Shown in pieces: positions 1-24,699 of a stretch of DNA of 32,000 nt. The notes under the pieces were generated by a model, which saw only the letters and a list, made by a program, of their open reading frames with translations, was not told the origin of the DNA and ran no database searches. Made by a program: the position numbers and the translations under genes. Origin of the DNA: Wallemia ichthyophaga EXF-994 (lineage: Eukaryota; Fungi; Basidiomycota); contig NW_008806300.1 of the NCBI RefSeq assembly GCF_000400465.1, forward strand, positions 32,571 through 64,570, in the 5' to 3' direction. Every line of letters begins with the position of its first letter. Positions within the stretch are counted from its first letter, which is position 1.

Positions 1-1203
1 ACCATATGACAATTCAAGAATTAAATCTTTAGAATAGAATCCTGTTAAAAATGGTACTGCCATTAATGAAAATGATCCTACTAACATTGCTGTATATGTT
101 AATGGTAAAAATGATCTTAATCCTCCTAATCTTCTAATATCTTGTTGATCCGCCATAGAGTGAATAACAGCACCTGCAGCTAAGAATAGCATAGATTTAA
201 AGAAACCATGATTTACTAAATGGAATAATGCAACATCATATTGAGATAATCCACATGCCATAACCATATATCCACATTGTGACATAGTACTCATAGCAAT
301 AATACGTTTCATATCATTTTGTAATAATCCCATTGAGGCTCCAATAAATGCAGTTACAGCTCCAATCCATACAATAACAGTAAGTGCTGTAGTTGCAAAT
401 TCTAATAATGGAGATGATCTTAATAATAAATAAATTCCGGCTGTAACTAGAGTAGCTGAGTGAAGTAAAGAACTAACAGGTGTTGGTCCTTCCATACTTG
501 ATGGTAACCATGAGTGTAGTCCAATTTGAACTGATTTTCCTGCTACACCTCCTAACATTAATAATACAATTAATGATAATACATTTTCATTCATATAAGG
601 TGCAGTACTGAATACTGTAGAATAATCAACAGCTCCAATTAACCAGAATAAACCAAAGAAAGCAACAGTTAATGAATAATCACCCACTCTATTAGTTACA
701 AATGCTTGATTAGCAGATTTAGTAGCTTGAGCTCTAGTAAACCAGAAACCAATTAATAAATAAGAAGCAATACCAATAAATTCCCATCCAATGAATAAAA
801 TTAAATAGTTATTACCTGTTACTAATACTAACATTGAAAATGTGAATAAACTTAAAAAACTAAAGAATCTTTGATTATGTGGATCATGTGCCATATAACT
901 AATAGTATAAAGATGAACAAGACTTGAAACAGTTAAAACAGTAATAAGCATAGATACAGTTAAAGTATCAAATTGAAATGCCCAATTAACAGTTAAAGCT
1001 TCAATATCAATCCAACTTGTAAGATTAATAATAACTGGTGAATTTGATAATGCTACTTCATAAAAAGCGATCCAAGCTAATGCTGTTGAAATAAATAATA
1101 ATGATGTTGTTGTGATTTGAGCTCCTTTAGCACCAATAAATCTTCCTAAAAAACCAGCAGAAAGAGACCCTAATAATGGTAATAATAAAATTGATAGATA
1201 CAT
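1..1203 (-). CDS. nad5: NADH dehydrogenase subunit 5, 5' part (runs off window start)
   Basis: ATG at 1203-1201 (minus). Translates [32 protein letters not shown]...[25 protein letters not shown]...[30 protein letters not shown], typical nad5. No intron in this part. Confidence 0.97.
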   Translation of the reverse strand, partial: MYLSILLLPLLGSLSAGFLGRFIGAKGAQITTTSLLFISTALAWIAFYEVALSNSPVIINLTSWIDIEALTVNWAFQFDTLTVSMLITVLTVSSLVHLYTISYMAHDPHNQRFFSFLSLFTFSMLVLVTGNNYLILFIGWEFIGIASYLLIGFWFTRAQATKSANQAFVTNRVGDYSLTVAFFGLFWLIGAVDYSTVFSTAPYMNENVLSLIVLLMLGGVAGKSVQIGLHSWLPSSMEGPTPVSSLLHSATLVTAGIYLLLRSSPLLEFATTALTVIVWIGAVTAFIGASMGLLQNDMKRIIAMSTMSQCGYMVMACGLSQYDVALFHLVNHGFFKSMLFLAAGAVIHSMADQQDIRRLGGLRSFLPLTYTAMLVGSFSLMAVPFLTGFYSKDLILELSYG

Positions 1204-1206
1204 TAT

Positions 1207-1473
1207 TTATACTCTTAATGAAATTGTTCCTTTCAGACGATAATAGGCTACTAATACTCCTAACCCAATAGCTGATTCAGCCCCAGCAACGGCAATAATA
1301 TAAATAGCATAAGTTTGTCCTAAAATATCATTGAATACATATGATGAAATTAAAATTAATAATGTTACAGCTAATAACATTAACTCAACAGAAATTAACA
1401 TTAATAATACATTCTTTCTATTTAAAACAAAACCTAGCACACCAATTAAAAATAAAATTAATGGTAATGTCAT
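1207..1473 (-). CDS. nad4L: NADH dehydrogenase subunit 4L
   Basis: 88 aa with LISVELMLLAV...AGAESAIGL motifs. Stop is 3 nt before the nad5 ATG, the usual fungal nad4L-nad5 pair. Confidence 0.97.
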   Translation of the reverse strand: MTLPLILFLIGVLGFVLNRKNVLLMLISVELMLLAVTLLILISSYVFNDILGQTYAIYIIAVAGAESAIGLGVLVAYYRLKGTISLRV

Positions 1474-1847
1474 TTTAATTTTTTATAACTACAATACTAA
1501 TAACAGATATTATCTATTAAAGGGCAAAACTTTTATATTTTCCAAACAATTAACGTATATAATATTTACCTAAGTAAATTAGACTAAAATAATAATTATA
1601 ATTATATAAATTATTATTTTAAATCCATTACCTATAAAATAAATATAAATTTATAAGCTTATTCTATTACTAATTCTTGATTCTTATATTTATAGGAGTC
1701 ATTCTAACATAATATAAATAAATATAATTAAATAGTTAAAATTAATAATTCTAAGCATTAAATAAAAAATAGTAATTATAGGTTAGTAAGCAAGAATATA
1801 ATTTAGTTTATATTAACTTGAGTTATATAGTCAGACAATTTTATTGA

Positions 1848-13826
<11,979 letters not shown>

Positions 13827-13926
13827 ATCAATTATTAAAAATTTTTAATACCCCTTTTATTTATTTTATTATGATATCTACGGATATTATTTCCTTTGTA
13901 TATCAGAGTGATTTATTCAAAGTAAA

Positions 13927-14073
13927 ATGCCACAACTATTACCGTTCTACTTTTTGAACCAGTACGTATTTGCCTTAGTTGCATTATTTGCTGTAGTTTA
14001 CGTATTATCAAAATACATCTTACCTTACTTTGTACAATTACAAGTATCTAGAGTATTTATCACTAAATTATAG
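13927..14073 (+). CDS. atp8: ATP synthase subunit 8 (48 aa; below the ORF-track cutoff)
   Basis: [48 protein letters not shown]. Confidence 0.96.
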   Translation: MPQLLPFYFLNQYVFALVALFAVVYVLSKYILPYFVQLQVSRVFITKL

Positions 14074-14315
14074 TATTGTTCTATAATTTATAATTTATAA
14101 TCAATCAAATTAAATTAATTAAACCCCTTCCTATTATGGGTTATATTAGTGAAAATGGTTTTATTTGAAGTTCAATTCTTCAATTCACTTATTGTAGATG
14201 AGTATTCTGCATGCAGTAACCGTTATATATTTTGTTACTGGAAATTTTAGGTTATAGAATAATTTATTTTATTAATTATTTCTATGTTTGCATAATAATA
14301 ATTATGATTTTTGAA

Positions 14316-14695
14316 ATGCACGCTATTAAAAGACACCAATTTCAACCTTTCCCTTATCATTTAGTAGATCCAAGTCCTTGGCCACTACTAACATCATTTG
14401 CATTATTAACATTTGCAGTTTCTGCTGTGTTATTTTTCCATTCATTTCCTAATTCTGGTTACATGTTAACATTAGGATTATTCTTAACTACAGCTGTTAT
14501 GATCCTATGGTTCAGAGATGTAGTTACTGAAGGTACATTATTAGGAGACCACACTGTAGCTGTTCAACATGGTTTAACACTAGGAACAGCATTATTCATT
14601 ACATCTGAAGTATTTGTATTCGTTAGTGTATTCTGGGCTTACTTCCATAGTGCACTATCACCTACTGTTGAATTAGGAGCTGTTTGGCCACCTCA
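14316..14695 (+). pseudogene. cox3: Truncated cox3 5' half, cut by duplication junction
   Basis: MHAIKRHQFQPFPYHLVDPSPWP...GAVWPP, then a jump into cox1 intron-7 sequence at 14696. Confidence 0.9.
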
Positions 14696-14785
14696 CAACT
14701 TTTCTCTGATTTATTATAAATTTTTAATACCCAAATTATAATAATGTTAAAACTTAACATAACGACTTTACGAGAAAGACCTTAA

Positions 14786-15945
<1,160 letters not shown>

Positions 15946-16045
15946 ATCAATTATTAAAAATTTTTAATACCCCTTTTATTTATTTTATTATGATATCTAC
16001 GGATATTATTTCCTTTGTATATCAGAGTGATTTATTCAAAGTAAA

Positions 16046-16192
16046 ATGCCACAACTATTACCGTTCTACTTTTTGAACCAGTACGTATTTGCCTTAGTTG
16101 CATTATTTGCTGTAGTTTACGTATTATCAAAATACATCTTACCTTACTTTGTACAATTACAAGTATCTAGAGTATTTATCACTAAATTATAG
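16046..16192 (+). CDS. atp8: ATP synthase subunit 8, duplicate
   Basis: Same as 13927-14073. Confidence 0.93.
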   Translation: MPQLLPFYFLNQYVFALVALFAVVYVLSKYILPYFVQLQVSRVFITKL

Positions 16193-16434
16193 TATTGTTC
16201 TATAATTTATAATTTATAATCAATCAAATTAAATTAATTAAACCCCTTCCTATTATGGGTTATATTAGTGAAAATGGTTTTATTTGAAGTTCAATTCTTC
16301 AATTCACTTATTGTAGATGAGTATTCTGCATGCAGTAACCGTTATATATTTTGTTACTGGAAATTTTAGGTTATAGAATAATTTATTTTATTAATTATTT
16401 CTATGTTTGCATAATAATAATTATGATTTTTGAA

Positions 16435-17450
16435 ATGCACGCTATTAAAAGACACCAATTTCAACCTTTCCCTTATCATTTAGTAGATCCAAGTCCTTGG
16501 CCACTACTAACATCATTTGCATTATTAACATTTGCAGTTTCTGCTGTGTTATTTTTCCATTCATTTCCTAATTCTGGTTACATGTTAACATTAGGATTAT
16601 TCTTAACTACAGCTGTTATGATCCTATGGTTCAGAGATGTAGTTACTGAAGGTACATTATTAGGAGACCACACTGTAGCTGTTCAACATGGTTTAACACT
16701 AGGAACAGCATTATTCATTACATCTGAAGTATTTGTATTCGTTAGTGTATTCTGGGCTTACTTCCATAGTGCACTATCACCTACTGTTGAATTAGGAGCT
16801 GTTTGGCCACCTCAAGGTATTGAGGCTCTAGATCCTTACGCATTACCATTATTAAACACAGTATTACTACTATCTAGTGGTGCTACTGTTACATGGGCAC
16901 ACCATTCATTAATCCAAGGAGATAGAAAAGGTGCAATTATTGGAAATATTCTAACAGTTGTATTAGCATTATTATTCACATATTGTCAATATATCGAATA
17001 TAGTACTGCTCCATTCTCTATGTCTGACTCAGTATATGGATCAACATTCTATGCTGCTACTGGATTACATGCTATCCATGTTATTATTGGTAACCTATTT
17101 ATTATGGTAGGAGCTGTAAGACTAGTATTATACCACTTAACTAACCATCACCACATTGGTTATGAGTCAGCTATTCTTTATTGGCAAACAAAAATGCCTC
17201 ACTATTTACTGAAATAGAAGTTAATCTTATTAAATGTCTAGTGTTATAAATAAATTAAGTACTTAATTAAGTAATAATCTTAAATTAAAAATTTATTTAC
17301 AGACAGAATTATATTCTTAGAGACTTTACATATAAAATATAAAACATGTTTTTATATTAAGATAAAGTCCATTTATTACAAATTTAGACTGATTTTGTTG
17401 ATGTAGTTTGGCTTATTCTTTATATCTCAGTGTACATGTGGGGTTCTTAA
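16435..17450 (+). CDS. cox3: Cytochrome c oxidase subunit 3; exons 16435-17185 and 17392-17450 (269 aa)
   Basis: HLVDPSPWP...LLNTVLLLSSG...ILYW C|AT FVDVVWLILYISVYMWGS*. The TTG start at 16351 in the ORF track is an unlikely extension. Confidence 0.95.
17186..17391 (+). mobile_element. cox3 group I intron (206 nt, no ORF)
   Basis: TGGC|AAAC...CTG|AT TTT. AGAGACTTTACA and AAGATAAAGTCCA core motifs. Confidence 0.87.
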
Positions 17451-17672
17451 GGTTTAAGGTACACAATTTAGACTCTATTAAATTAATTACACCCCTCCCG
17501 ATAATAAGATATCTTATATTATATATATATATGTATAGACGACTTTAATTAATAAAAAATACTACTCTGTAATTATTATACTATTATTAATTAATTAATC
17601 CAATTAAAGGTAATAATATATTTGTTACATATTTATTAATATATTTGTGGCATATTCTATTTTTTTAAAAAC

Positions 17673-17746
17673 GGTGGGATTAGCTCAATCGGTAGAGCGT
17701 CTATATGTGGCATAGAAGGCACATGGTTCGAATCCATGATCTCATC
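17673..17746 (+). tRNA. trnH: tRNA-His(GUG)
   Basis: Cloverleaf; TCTAT-ATGTGGC-ATAGA arm; encoded G-1 opposite C73. Confidence 0.92.
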
Positions 17747-18359
17747 CGCTATAAATACACAACTAATGTAATAACAACTTAAAAAATTTGACACATTCTT
17801 ATTTAATTATAAAAAATATTAAATTCTTTTATTTTAGTACTTATATTTTCATTTTATTCTATTATAATTGTTGTTGTCAAATAAGGAAATTTCTACATTT
17901 TAATTATTATATAATATAGTAAGATTTTAATACAATTATTTATACTAAAAAAGTTATACTAATTATTTTAATTTTACATATTATCTAAGTTTTACAGTAA
18001 ATAAAAAATAAGTAATGTATATATTCATTATTTATTTAGAATATTAAAACTATAAAATGCTTTATTAAGTAATCAAAAAGTTATATATTTAAAACTGAAT
18101 ATAAATTATAGGGTGTTATTATACATTTAATATAAAAATATATAAAATAAACTTGGTTGTGTAATTTATATAAATAGCTTTGATACCCCTTATTAAATAG
18201 TTAAAAATAATAATAAGAGTGTATAATTAAGTTATAAGTTAAGTTTATTAAATCATATAAAAAATCAATGTATATATAAATTTATAATTATCTTTTTTTA
18301 CTGGTTTATTTATTGTGTTTATTTTTTTTGTTTTATTTTCTTTGTGATATTCTATTAAT

Positions 18360-18431
18360 TGTTCCCAGCATGAGTCGAACATACCTCTCACGTGCTTCAA
18401 ACGTGCACTCTGACCACTGAGCTATGGGAAC
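18360..18431 (-). tRNA. trnF: tRNA-Phe(GAA)
   Basis: GTTCCCA/TGGGAAC acceptor; CACGT-TTGAAGC-ACGTG. Confidence 0.92.
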
Positions 18432-18453
18432 GATAATTGATATATAAGGGTTT

Positions 18454-18525
18454 TGGAGTATTAGGGAATCGAACCCTAAACTCTATCGTGCAAAAATAGT
18501 GTTATACCATTGTAACTAATACCCC
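18454..18525 (-). tRNA. trnA: tRNA-Ala(UGC)
   Basis: GGGGTAT/ATACTCC with G3:U70; CTATT-TTTGCAC-GATAG. Confidence 0.92.
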
Positions 18526-18716
18526 TTACAAATTACCGATAGTAAATAATTATAAAAATGCATATCAATCATATATTACCTATATCTTATAAAATATTAT
18601 ATTATTTAATTGTAATAATAAGTAAAATATAACTTTAAATAGAATATAATTATTATTTTTTATTATTCTTTAGGAGATTTTAGTTATTAACTATTCTGTG
18701 TTAAATTGATTATTTA

Positions 18717-18790
18717 CGAGTGCGACCGGACTCGAACCGGCATGGCTATTCTCGACAAGAATATATATTGACCGATTATACTACACACCC
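18717..18790 (-). tRNA. trnD: tRNA-Asp(GUC)
   Basis: GGGTGTG/CGCACTC; TATTC-TTGTCGA-GAATA. Confidence 0.92.
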
Positions 18791-18884
18791 ATTTACCTTT
18801 ATAATAAAAATAAATAAATAAAGGTAAATCATAAGATTATATTAGTAATTATAATAAATATAGTGTATATAATAGAAGATTATA

Positions 18885-18958
18885 CGAGAAGAGTCCATAT
18901 TGGTATTGGAGCTTGCTTTGGGAGTCAGTAGTTTTGCGTTCGAATCGCATCTTCTCGA
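18885..18958 (+). tRNA. trnP: tRNA-Pro(UGG)
   Basis: CGAGAAG/CTTCTCG; loop TTTGGGA; TTCGAAT T-loop. Confidence 0.9.
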
Positions 18959-19376
18959 TTGATAGAAATAATAAATAATAATCTTAAATTAAAAATTTAT
19001 TTACAGACAGAATTATATTCTTAGAGACTTTACATATAAAATATAAAACATGTTTTTATATTAAGATAAAGTCCATTTATTACAAATTTAGACTGATTTT
19101 GTTGATGTAGTTTGGCTTATTCTTTATATCTCAGTGTACATGTGGGGTTCTTAAGGTTTAAGGTACACAATTTAGACTCGATTAAATTAATTAAACCCCT
19201 CCCGATAATAAGATATCTTATATTATATATATATATGTATAGACGACTTTAATTAATAAAAAATACTACTCTGTAATTATTATACTATTATTAATTAATT
19301 AATCCAATTAAAGGTAATAATATATTTGTTACATATTTATTAATATATTTGTGGCATATTCTATTTTTTTAAAAAC

Positions 19377-19450
19377 GGTGGGATTAGCTCAATCGGTAGA
19401 GCGTCTATATGTGGCATAGAAGGCACATGGTTCGAATCCATGATCTCATC
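19377..19450 (+). tRNA. trnH: tRNA-His(GUG), duplicate
   Basis: +1704 copy. Confidence 0.88.
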
Positions 19451-20063
19451 CGCTATAAATACACAACTAATGTAATAACAACTTAAAAAATTTGACACAT
19501 TCTTATTTAATTATAAAAAATATTAAATTCTTTTATTTTAGTACTTATATTTTCATTTTATTCTATTATAATTGTTGTTGTCAAATAAGGAAATTTCTAC
19601 ATTTTAATTATTATATAATATAGTAAGATTTTAATACAATTATTTATACTAAAAAAGTTATACTAATTATTTTAATTTTACATATTATCTAAGTTTTACA
19701 GTAAATAAAAAATAAGTAATGTATATATTCATTATTTATTTAGAATATTAAAACTATAAAATGCTTTATTAAGTAATCAAAAAGTTATATATTTAAAACT
19801 GAATATAAATTATAGGGTGTTATTATACATTTAATATAAAAATATATAAAATAAACTTGGTTGTGTAATTTATATAAATAGCTTTGATACCCCTTATTAA
19901 ATAGTTAAAAATAATAATAAGAGTGTATAATTAAGTTATAAGTTAAGTTTATTAAATCATATAAAAAATCAATGTATATATAAATTTATAATTATCTTTT
20001 TTTACTGGTTTATTTATTGTGTTTATTTTTTTTGTTTTATTTTCTTTGTGATATTCTATTAAT

Positions 20064-20135
20064 TGTTCCCAGCATGAGTCGAACATACCTCTCACGTGCT
20101 TCAAACGTGCACTCTGACCACTGAGCTATGGGAAC
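20064..20135 (-). tRNA. trnF: tRNA-Phe(GAA), duplicate
   Basis: +1704 copy. Confidence 0.88.
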
Positions 20136-20157
20136 GATAATTGATATATAAGGGTTT

Positions 20158-20229
20158 TGGAGTATTAGGGAATCGAACCCTAAACTCTATCGTGCAAAAA
20201 TAGTGTTATACCATTGTAACTAATACCCC
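20158..20229 (-). tRNA. trnA: tRNA-Ala(UGC), duplicate
   Basis: +1704 copy. Confidence 0.88.
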
Positions 20230-20420
20230 TTACAAATTACCGATAGTAAATAATTATAAAAATGCATATCAATCATATATTACCTATATCTTATAAAATA
20301 TTATATTATTTAATTGTAATAATAAGTAAAATATAACTTTAAATAGAATATAATTATTATTTTTTATTATTCTTTAGGAGATTTTAGTTATTAACTATTC
20401 TGTGTTAAATTGATTATTTA

Positions 20421-20494
20421 CGAGTGCGACCGGACTCGAACCGGCATGGCTATTCTCGACAAGAATATATATTGACCGATTATACTACACACCC
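20421..20494 (-). tRNA. trnD: tRNA-Asp(GUC), duplicate
   Basis: +1704 copy. Confidence 0.88.
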
Positions 20495-20588
20495 ATTTAC
20501 CTTTATAATAAAAATAAATAAATAAAGGTAAATCATAAGATTATATTAGTAATTATAATAAATATAGTGTATATAATAGAAGATTATA

Positions 20589-20662
20589 CGAGAAGAGTCC
20601 ATATTGGTATTGGAGCTTGCTTTGGGAGTCAGTAGTTTTGCGTTCGAATCGCATCTTCTCGA
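20589..20662 (+). tRNA. trnP: tRNA-Pro(UGG), duplicate
   Basis: +1704 copy. Confidence 0.88.
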
Positions 20663-20728
20663 TTGATAGAAATAATAAATAAATTAATTAATAAAATAAC
20701 TATTTTTAAAAATTTCAATTTAGTTTAA

Positions 20729-20800
20729 GAGCGGGTAGTTTAATGGTAGAACGTACAGCCGATAACTGTAAGGTATTAGGTTCAATTCCTTTCCGGCTCA
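20729..20800 (+). tRNA. trnI: tRNA-Ile(GAU)
   Basis: GAGCGGG/CCGGCTC (one mismatch); TACAG-CCGATAA-CTGTA. Confidence 0.9.
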
Positions 20801-20860
20801 TTAAGACAAAATAGAATATAATATAAATTTATATATTGATAGTAAATTAATTAAATATTG

Positions 20861-20932
20861 AAGGGTGTCGTACAACGGCAAGTATATCAAATTCCAAATT
20901 TGAGGATGGTGGTTCGATTCCGCCCACCCTTG
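20861..20932 (+). tRNA. trnW: tRNA-Trp(CCA)
   Basis: AAGGGTG/CACCCTT; TCAAA-TTCCAAA-TTTGA. Confidence 0.93.
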
Positions 20933-20942
20933 TTTTATTGTA

Positions 20943-20978
20943 ATATAAGTATTATAAGTAATATAATAAATATAAGTA
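20943..20978 (+). promoter_or_regulatory. Three yeast-type mitochondrial promoter nonamers upstream of rnl (candidate)
   Basis: ATATAAGTA 20943-20951, TTATAAGTA 20952-20960, ATATAAGTA 20970-20978. Confidence 0.4.
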
Positions 20979-21251
20979 ATATTAATAGTAATAATACTAG
21001 TAAAACTTAATTATCTTTAATAGTTATTCATACATTTGTAAATTTGAGGGTAAATCTTTTTTCTTATTCCTAAGTCATTCATACATAATTAAAATAAAAA
21101 ATAATAATAAAAATATTAAATATAAAAAGGTTTAAAAATAATAATTAATAATAAATAAATATGTTAATTAATAAAGGTATCATAAAGCATATGGAAATAA
21201 TTGTTAAGTAATTAAAGGATTTACGATGGATGTCTTGAGGTCTAATTTTTG

Positions 21252-24200
21252 AGAGGTCAATAGTACCAAAAGTGTATTTAATTAATAGTTTTTAATACAC
21301 ATTCTCTGGTGAAAACTTTGTTTTATTTACTTCGGGAACAGAATCATCTAATTACCGAAAGGAAAAGAAATCAACCGAGATATTGATAGTAACGGCGAGT
21401 GAATTCAATAAAGCCTTTCTAAAAATAAATCAAATAATATTTTGGAATAAATAATTAAAAAATCAGTTTGAAACTGACAATATAAAGTGATAGTCTTATA
21501 TTTGGTTTATTAATAGATATATAATAAGTAATATGGGTAAAACTGTATGAATGTTCTTATAAATATAAGAATAAATAAGGAGTTATCATCTTCTAAGGCT
21601 AAATATGATTAGATCATCAATAGTGAAGAGTAACGTGAGTGAAAGATGAAAAGACAGTCGATGACTTGTGAAAAAGATCCTGAAATCGTAAATCTATAAG
21701 CAGTCAGAGTCTAATTAAAAAAATTGGATGATGATGTACCTTTTGCATAATGAGTCAGCGAGTAAATATTAATAGCAAGATATAAAAGAAGTCCTAGTGA
21801 AAACGACTTAATCATTTTTAATGGTTATGGTAGAAGTTATTAATATTTGACCCGAAACCTTAAGATTTAGCCATGGTCAGATTTATTGGATCGAACAGGT
21901 GAGTGTTGCAAAACTCTCTGATGAACTGTGGCTGGCGAAGTGAAAGACAAATCTGTTGAGGATAGCTGGTTCTCCACGAAATATATCTTAGTATAGACTG
22001 TAAAGAAAAATTCTAATCCTGTACAGCACTGATATTCATATCATTTTTGATTAAATAGGGGGGTTTATTAAACTCTACCTTTGAATGTTAACCTCGGAAT
22101 TGGTTAGAATGATATTACAGATTCAGACTATTTGTGATAAGGTGGATAGTCAAAAGGGAAACAGCCCTGAACACATGTTAAAGTTCTTAAATTAATATTA
22201 AGTGAATGTAAGGATGTTTTAATTCGATGACAGTTATGAAGTGTATCTGGAAGTCGTAATCTAATAATGAAAGTGTAACAACTCAATAACCTACTGGTAT
22301 TTTATTTAGAAATAAATAATTTACTGAATTGAAGCGCCGAAAATTCATAGGATCTTTAAATATTATACTGATACTGTGTTTGCATATAAAAAGTATATGT
22401 AAGGTAGTGGAGTGTTCTATTATAGGACGAAGGTTAGTTTTTATATTAACTGGACTTAATAGAAGTAATAATGCTGATATGAGTAACGTAATAACAGGTT
22501 AAACCCTGTACCTCTTAAGCGATAGGTTTCTTATTAAATGTTAAACAGAATAAGTTTAAACGGTCTCTAAGGTAAATAAACTTATGTTTATGACTGATGA
22601 GGAATTTATATAAAAAGTTTTTCTTTAAAAACTCAGGAAAATGTATAAATATTCACCGTACTAAAAACCGACACAGGTTCGCGCATAGAGTATATCAAGA
22701 GGTGAATCAATTACCCTTAAGGAACTCGGCAAATTGCACTCGTACGTTAGACAATAAGAGTGACCACACTAAGGGGTATCATACAATCGGGACCTGCGAC
22801 TGTTTCCCAAAAACACAGATCTCTGCAACGATTAATTTCTTAGTATAGGGATCGAGTCCTGCTCAGTGCCAAGACGCTAAATAGGTAACTCTAATTAATA
22901 GTTAGGGAAGACTTATAACGTCTGGTAATCAGCAGTCTTAACTAAAAGGATTCTAAGGTAGCTAAATTCCTTGGCAGAGGTCAATAGTACCAAAAGTGTA
23001 TTTAATTAATAGTTTTTAATACACATTCTCTGGTGAAAACTTTGTTTTATTTACTTCGGGAACAGAATCATCTAATTACCGAAAGGAAAAGAAATCAACC
23101 GAGATATTGATAGTAACGGCGAGTGAATTCCATAAAGCCTTTCTAAAAATAAATCAAATAATATTTTGGAATAAATAATTAAAAAATCAGTTTGAAACTG
23201 ACAATATAAAGTGATAGCCTTCTATTTGGTTTATTAATAGATATATAATAAGTAATATGGGTAAAACTGTATGAATGTTCTTATAAATATAAGAATAAAT
23301 AAGGAGTTATCATCTTCTAAGGCTAAATATGATTAGATCATCAATAGTGAAGAGTAACGTGAGTGAAAGATGAAAAGACAGTCGATGACTTGTGAAAAAG
23401 ATCCTGAAATCGTAAATCTCTAAGCAGTCAGAGTCTAATTAAAAAAATTGGATGATGATGTACCTTTTGCATAATGAGTCAGCGAGTAAATATTAATAGC
23501 AAGATATAAAAGAAGTCCTAGTGAAAACGACTTAATCATTTTTAATGGTTATGGTAGAAGTTATTAATATTTGACCCGAAACCTTAAGATTTAGCCATGG
23601 TCAGATTTATTGGATCGAACAGGTGAGTGTTGCAAAACTCTCTGATGAACTGTGGCTGGCGAAGTGAAAGACAAATCTGTTGAGGATAGCTGGTTCTCCA
23701 CGAAATATATCTTAGTATAGACTGTAAAGAAAAATTCTAATCCTGTACAGCACTGATATTCATATCATTTTTGATTAAATAGGGGGGTTTATTAAACTCT
23801 ACCTTTGAATGTTAACCTCGGAATTGGTTAGAATGATATTACAGATTCAGACTATTTGTGATAAGGTGGATAGTCAAAAGGGAAACAGCCCTGAACACAT
23901 GTTAAAGTTCTTAAATTAATATTAAGTGAATGTAAGGATGTTTTAATTCGATGACAGTTATGAAGTGTATCTGGAAGTCGTAATCTAATAATGAAAGTGT
24001 AACAACTCAATAACCTACTGGTATTTTATTTAGAAATAAATAATTTACTGAATTGAAGCGCCGAAAATTCATAGGATCTTTAAATATTATACTGATACTG
24101 TGTTTGCATATAAAAATTATATGTAAGGTAGTGGAGTGTTCTATTATAGGACGAAGGTTAGTTTTTATATTAACTGGACTTAATAGAAGTAATAATGCTG

Positions 24201-24699
24201 ATATGAGTAACGTAATAACAGGTTAAACCCTGTACCTCTTAAGCGATAGGTTTCTTATTAAATGTTAAACAGAATAAGTTTAAACGGTCTCTAAGGTAAA
24301 TAAACTTATGTTTATGACTGATGAGGAATTTATATAAAAAGTTTTTCTTTAAAAACTCAGGAAAATGTATAAATATTCACCGTACTAAAAACCGACACAG
24401 GTTCGCGCATAGAGTATATCAAGAGGTGAATCAATTACCCTTAAGGAACTCGGCAAATTGCACTCGTACGTTAGACAATAAGAGTGACCACACTAAGTGG
24501 TATCATACAATCGGGACCTGCGACTGTTTCCCAAAAACACAGATCTCTGCAACGATTAATTTCTTAGTATAGGGATCGAGTCCTGCTCAGTGCCAAGACG
24601 CTAAATAGGTAACTCTAATTAATAGTTAGGGAAGACTTATAACGTCTGGTAATCAGCAGTCTTAACTAAAAGGATTCTAAGGTAGCTAAATTCCTTGGC
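21252..24699 (+). repeat. Tandem duplication 5: 21252-22975 repeated at 22976-24699 (1724 bp)
   Basis: Junction TTCCTTGGC|AGAGGTCAATAG. Confidence 0.96.

Larger units (their letters stand above)
17272..20679 (+). repeat. Tandem duplication 4: 17272-18975 repeated at 18976-20679 (1704 bp)
   Basis: Covers the cox3 intron 3' part, cox3 exon 2 (copy 19096-19154) and five tRNAs. TAA microhomology. Two SNPs after the cox3 stop. Confidence 0.96.

Noticed and set aside
1331-1573. 80-aa + strand ORF
   Set aside because: Antisense shadow of nad4L; low-complexity N/I/K content.
14190-14260. Possible rnpB (RNase P RNA) in the atp8-cox3 spacer
   Set aside because: No P4 motifs (GGAAAGUC / GCUUA) found.
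14232-14741. 169-aa chimeric cox3 ORF with a new C-terminus HNFSLIYYKFLIPKL
   Set aside because: Product of the duplication-3 junction into intron sequence; meaningful only if the junction is real.
22597-22848. 83-aa ORFs at 22597-22848 and 24321-24572
   Set aside because: They overlap highly conserved rnl sequence and have no protein motif.
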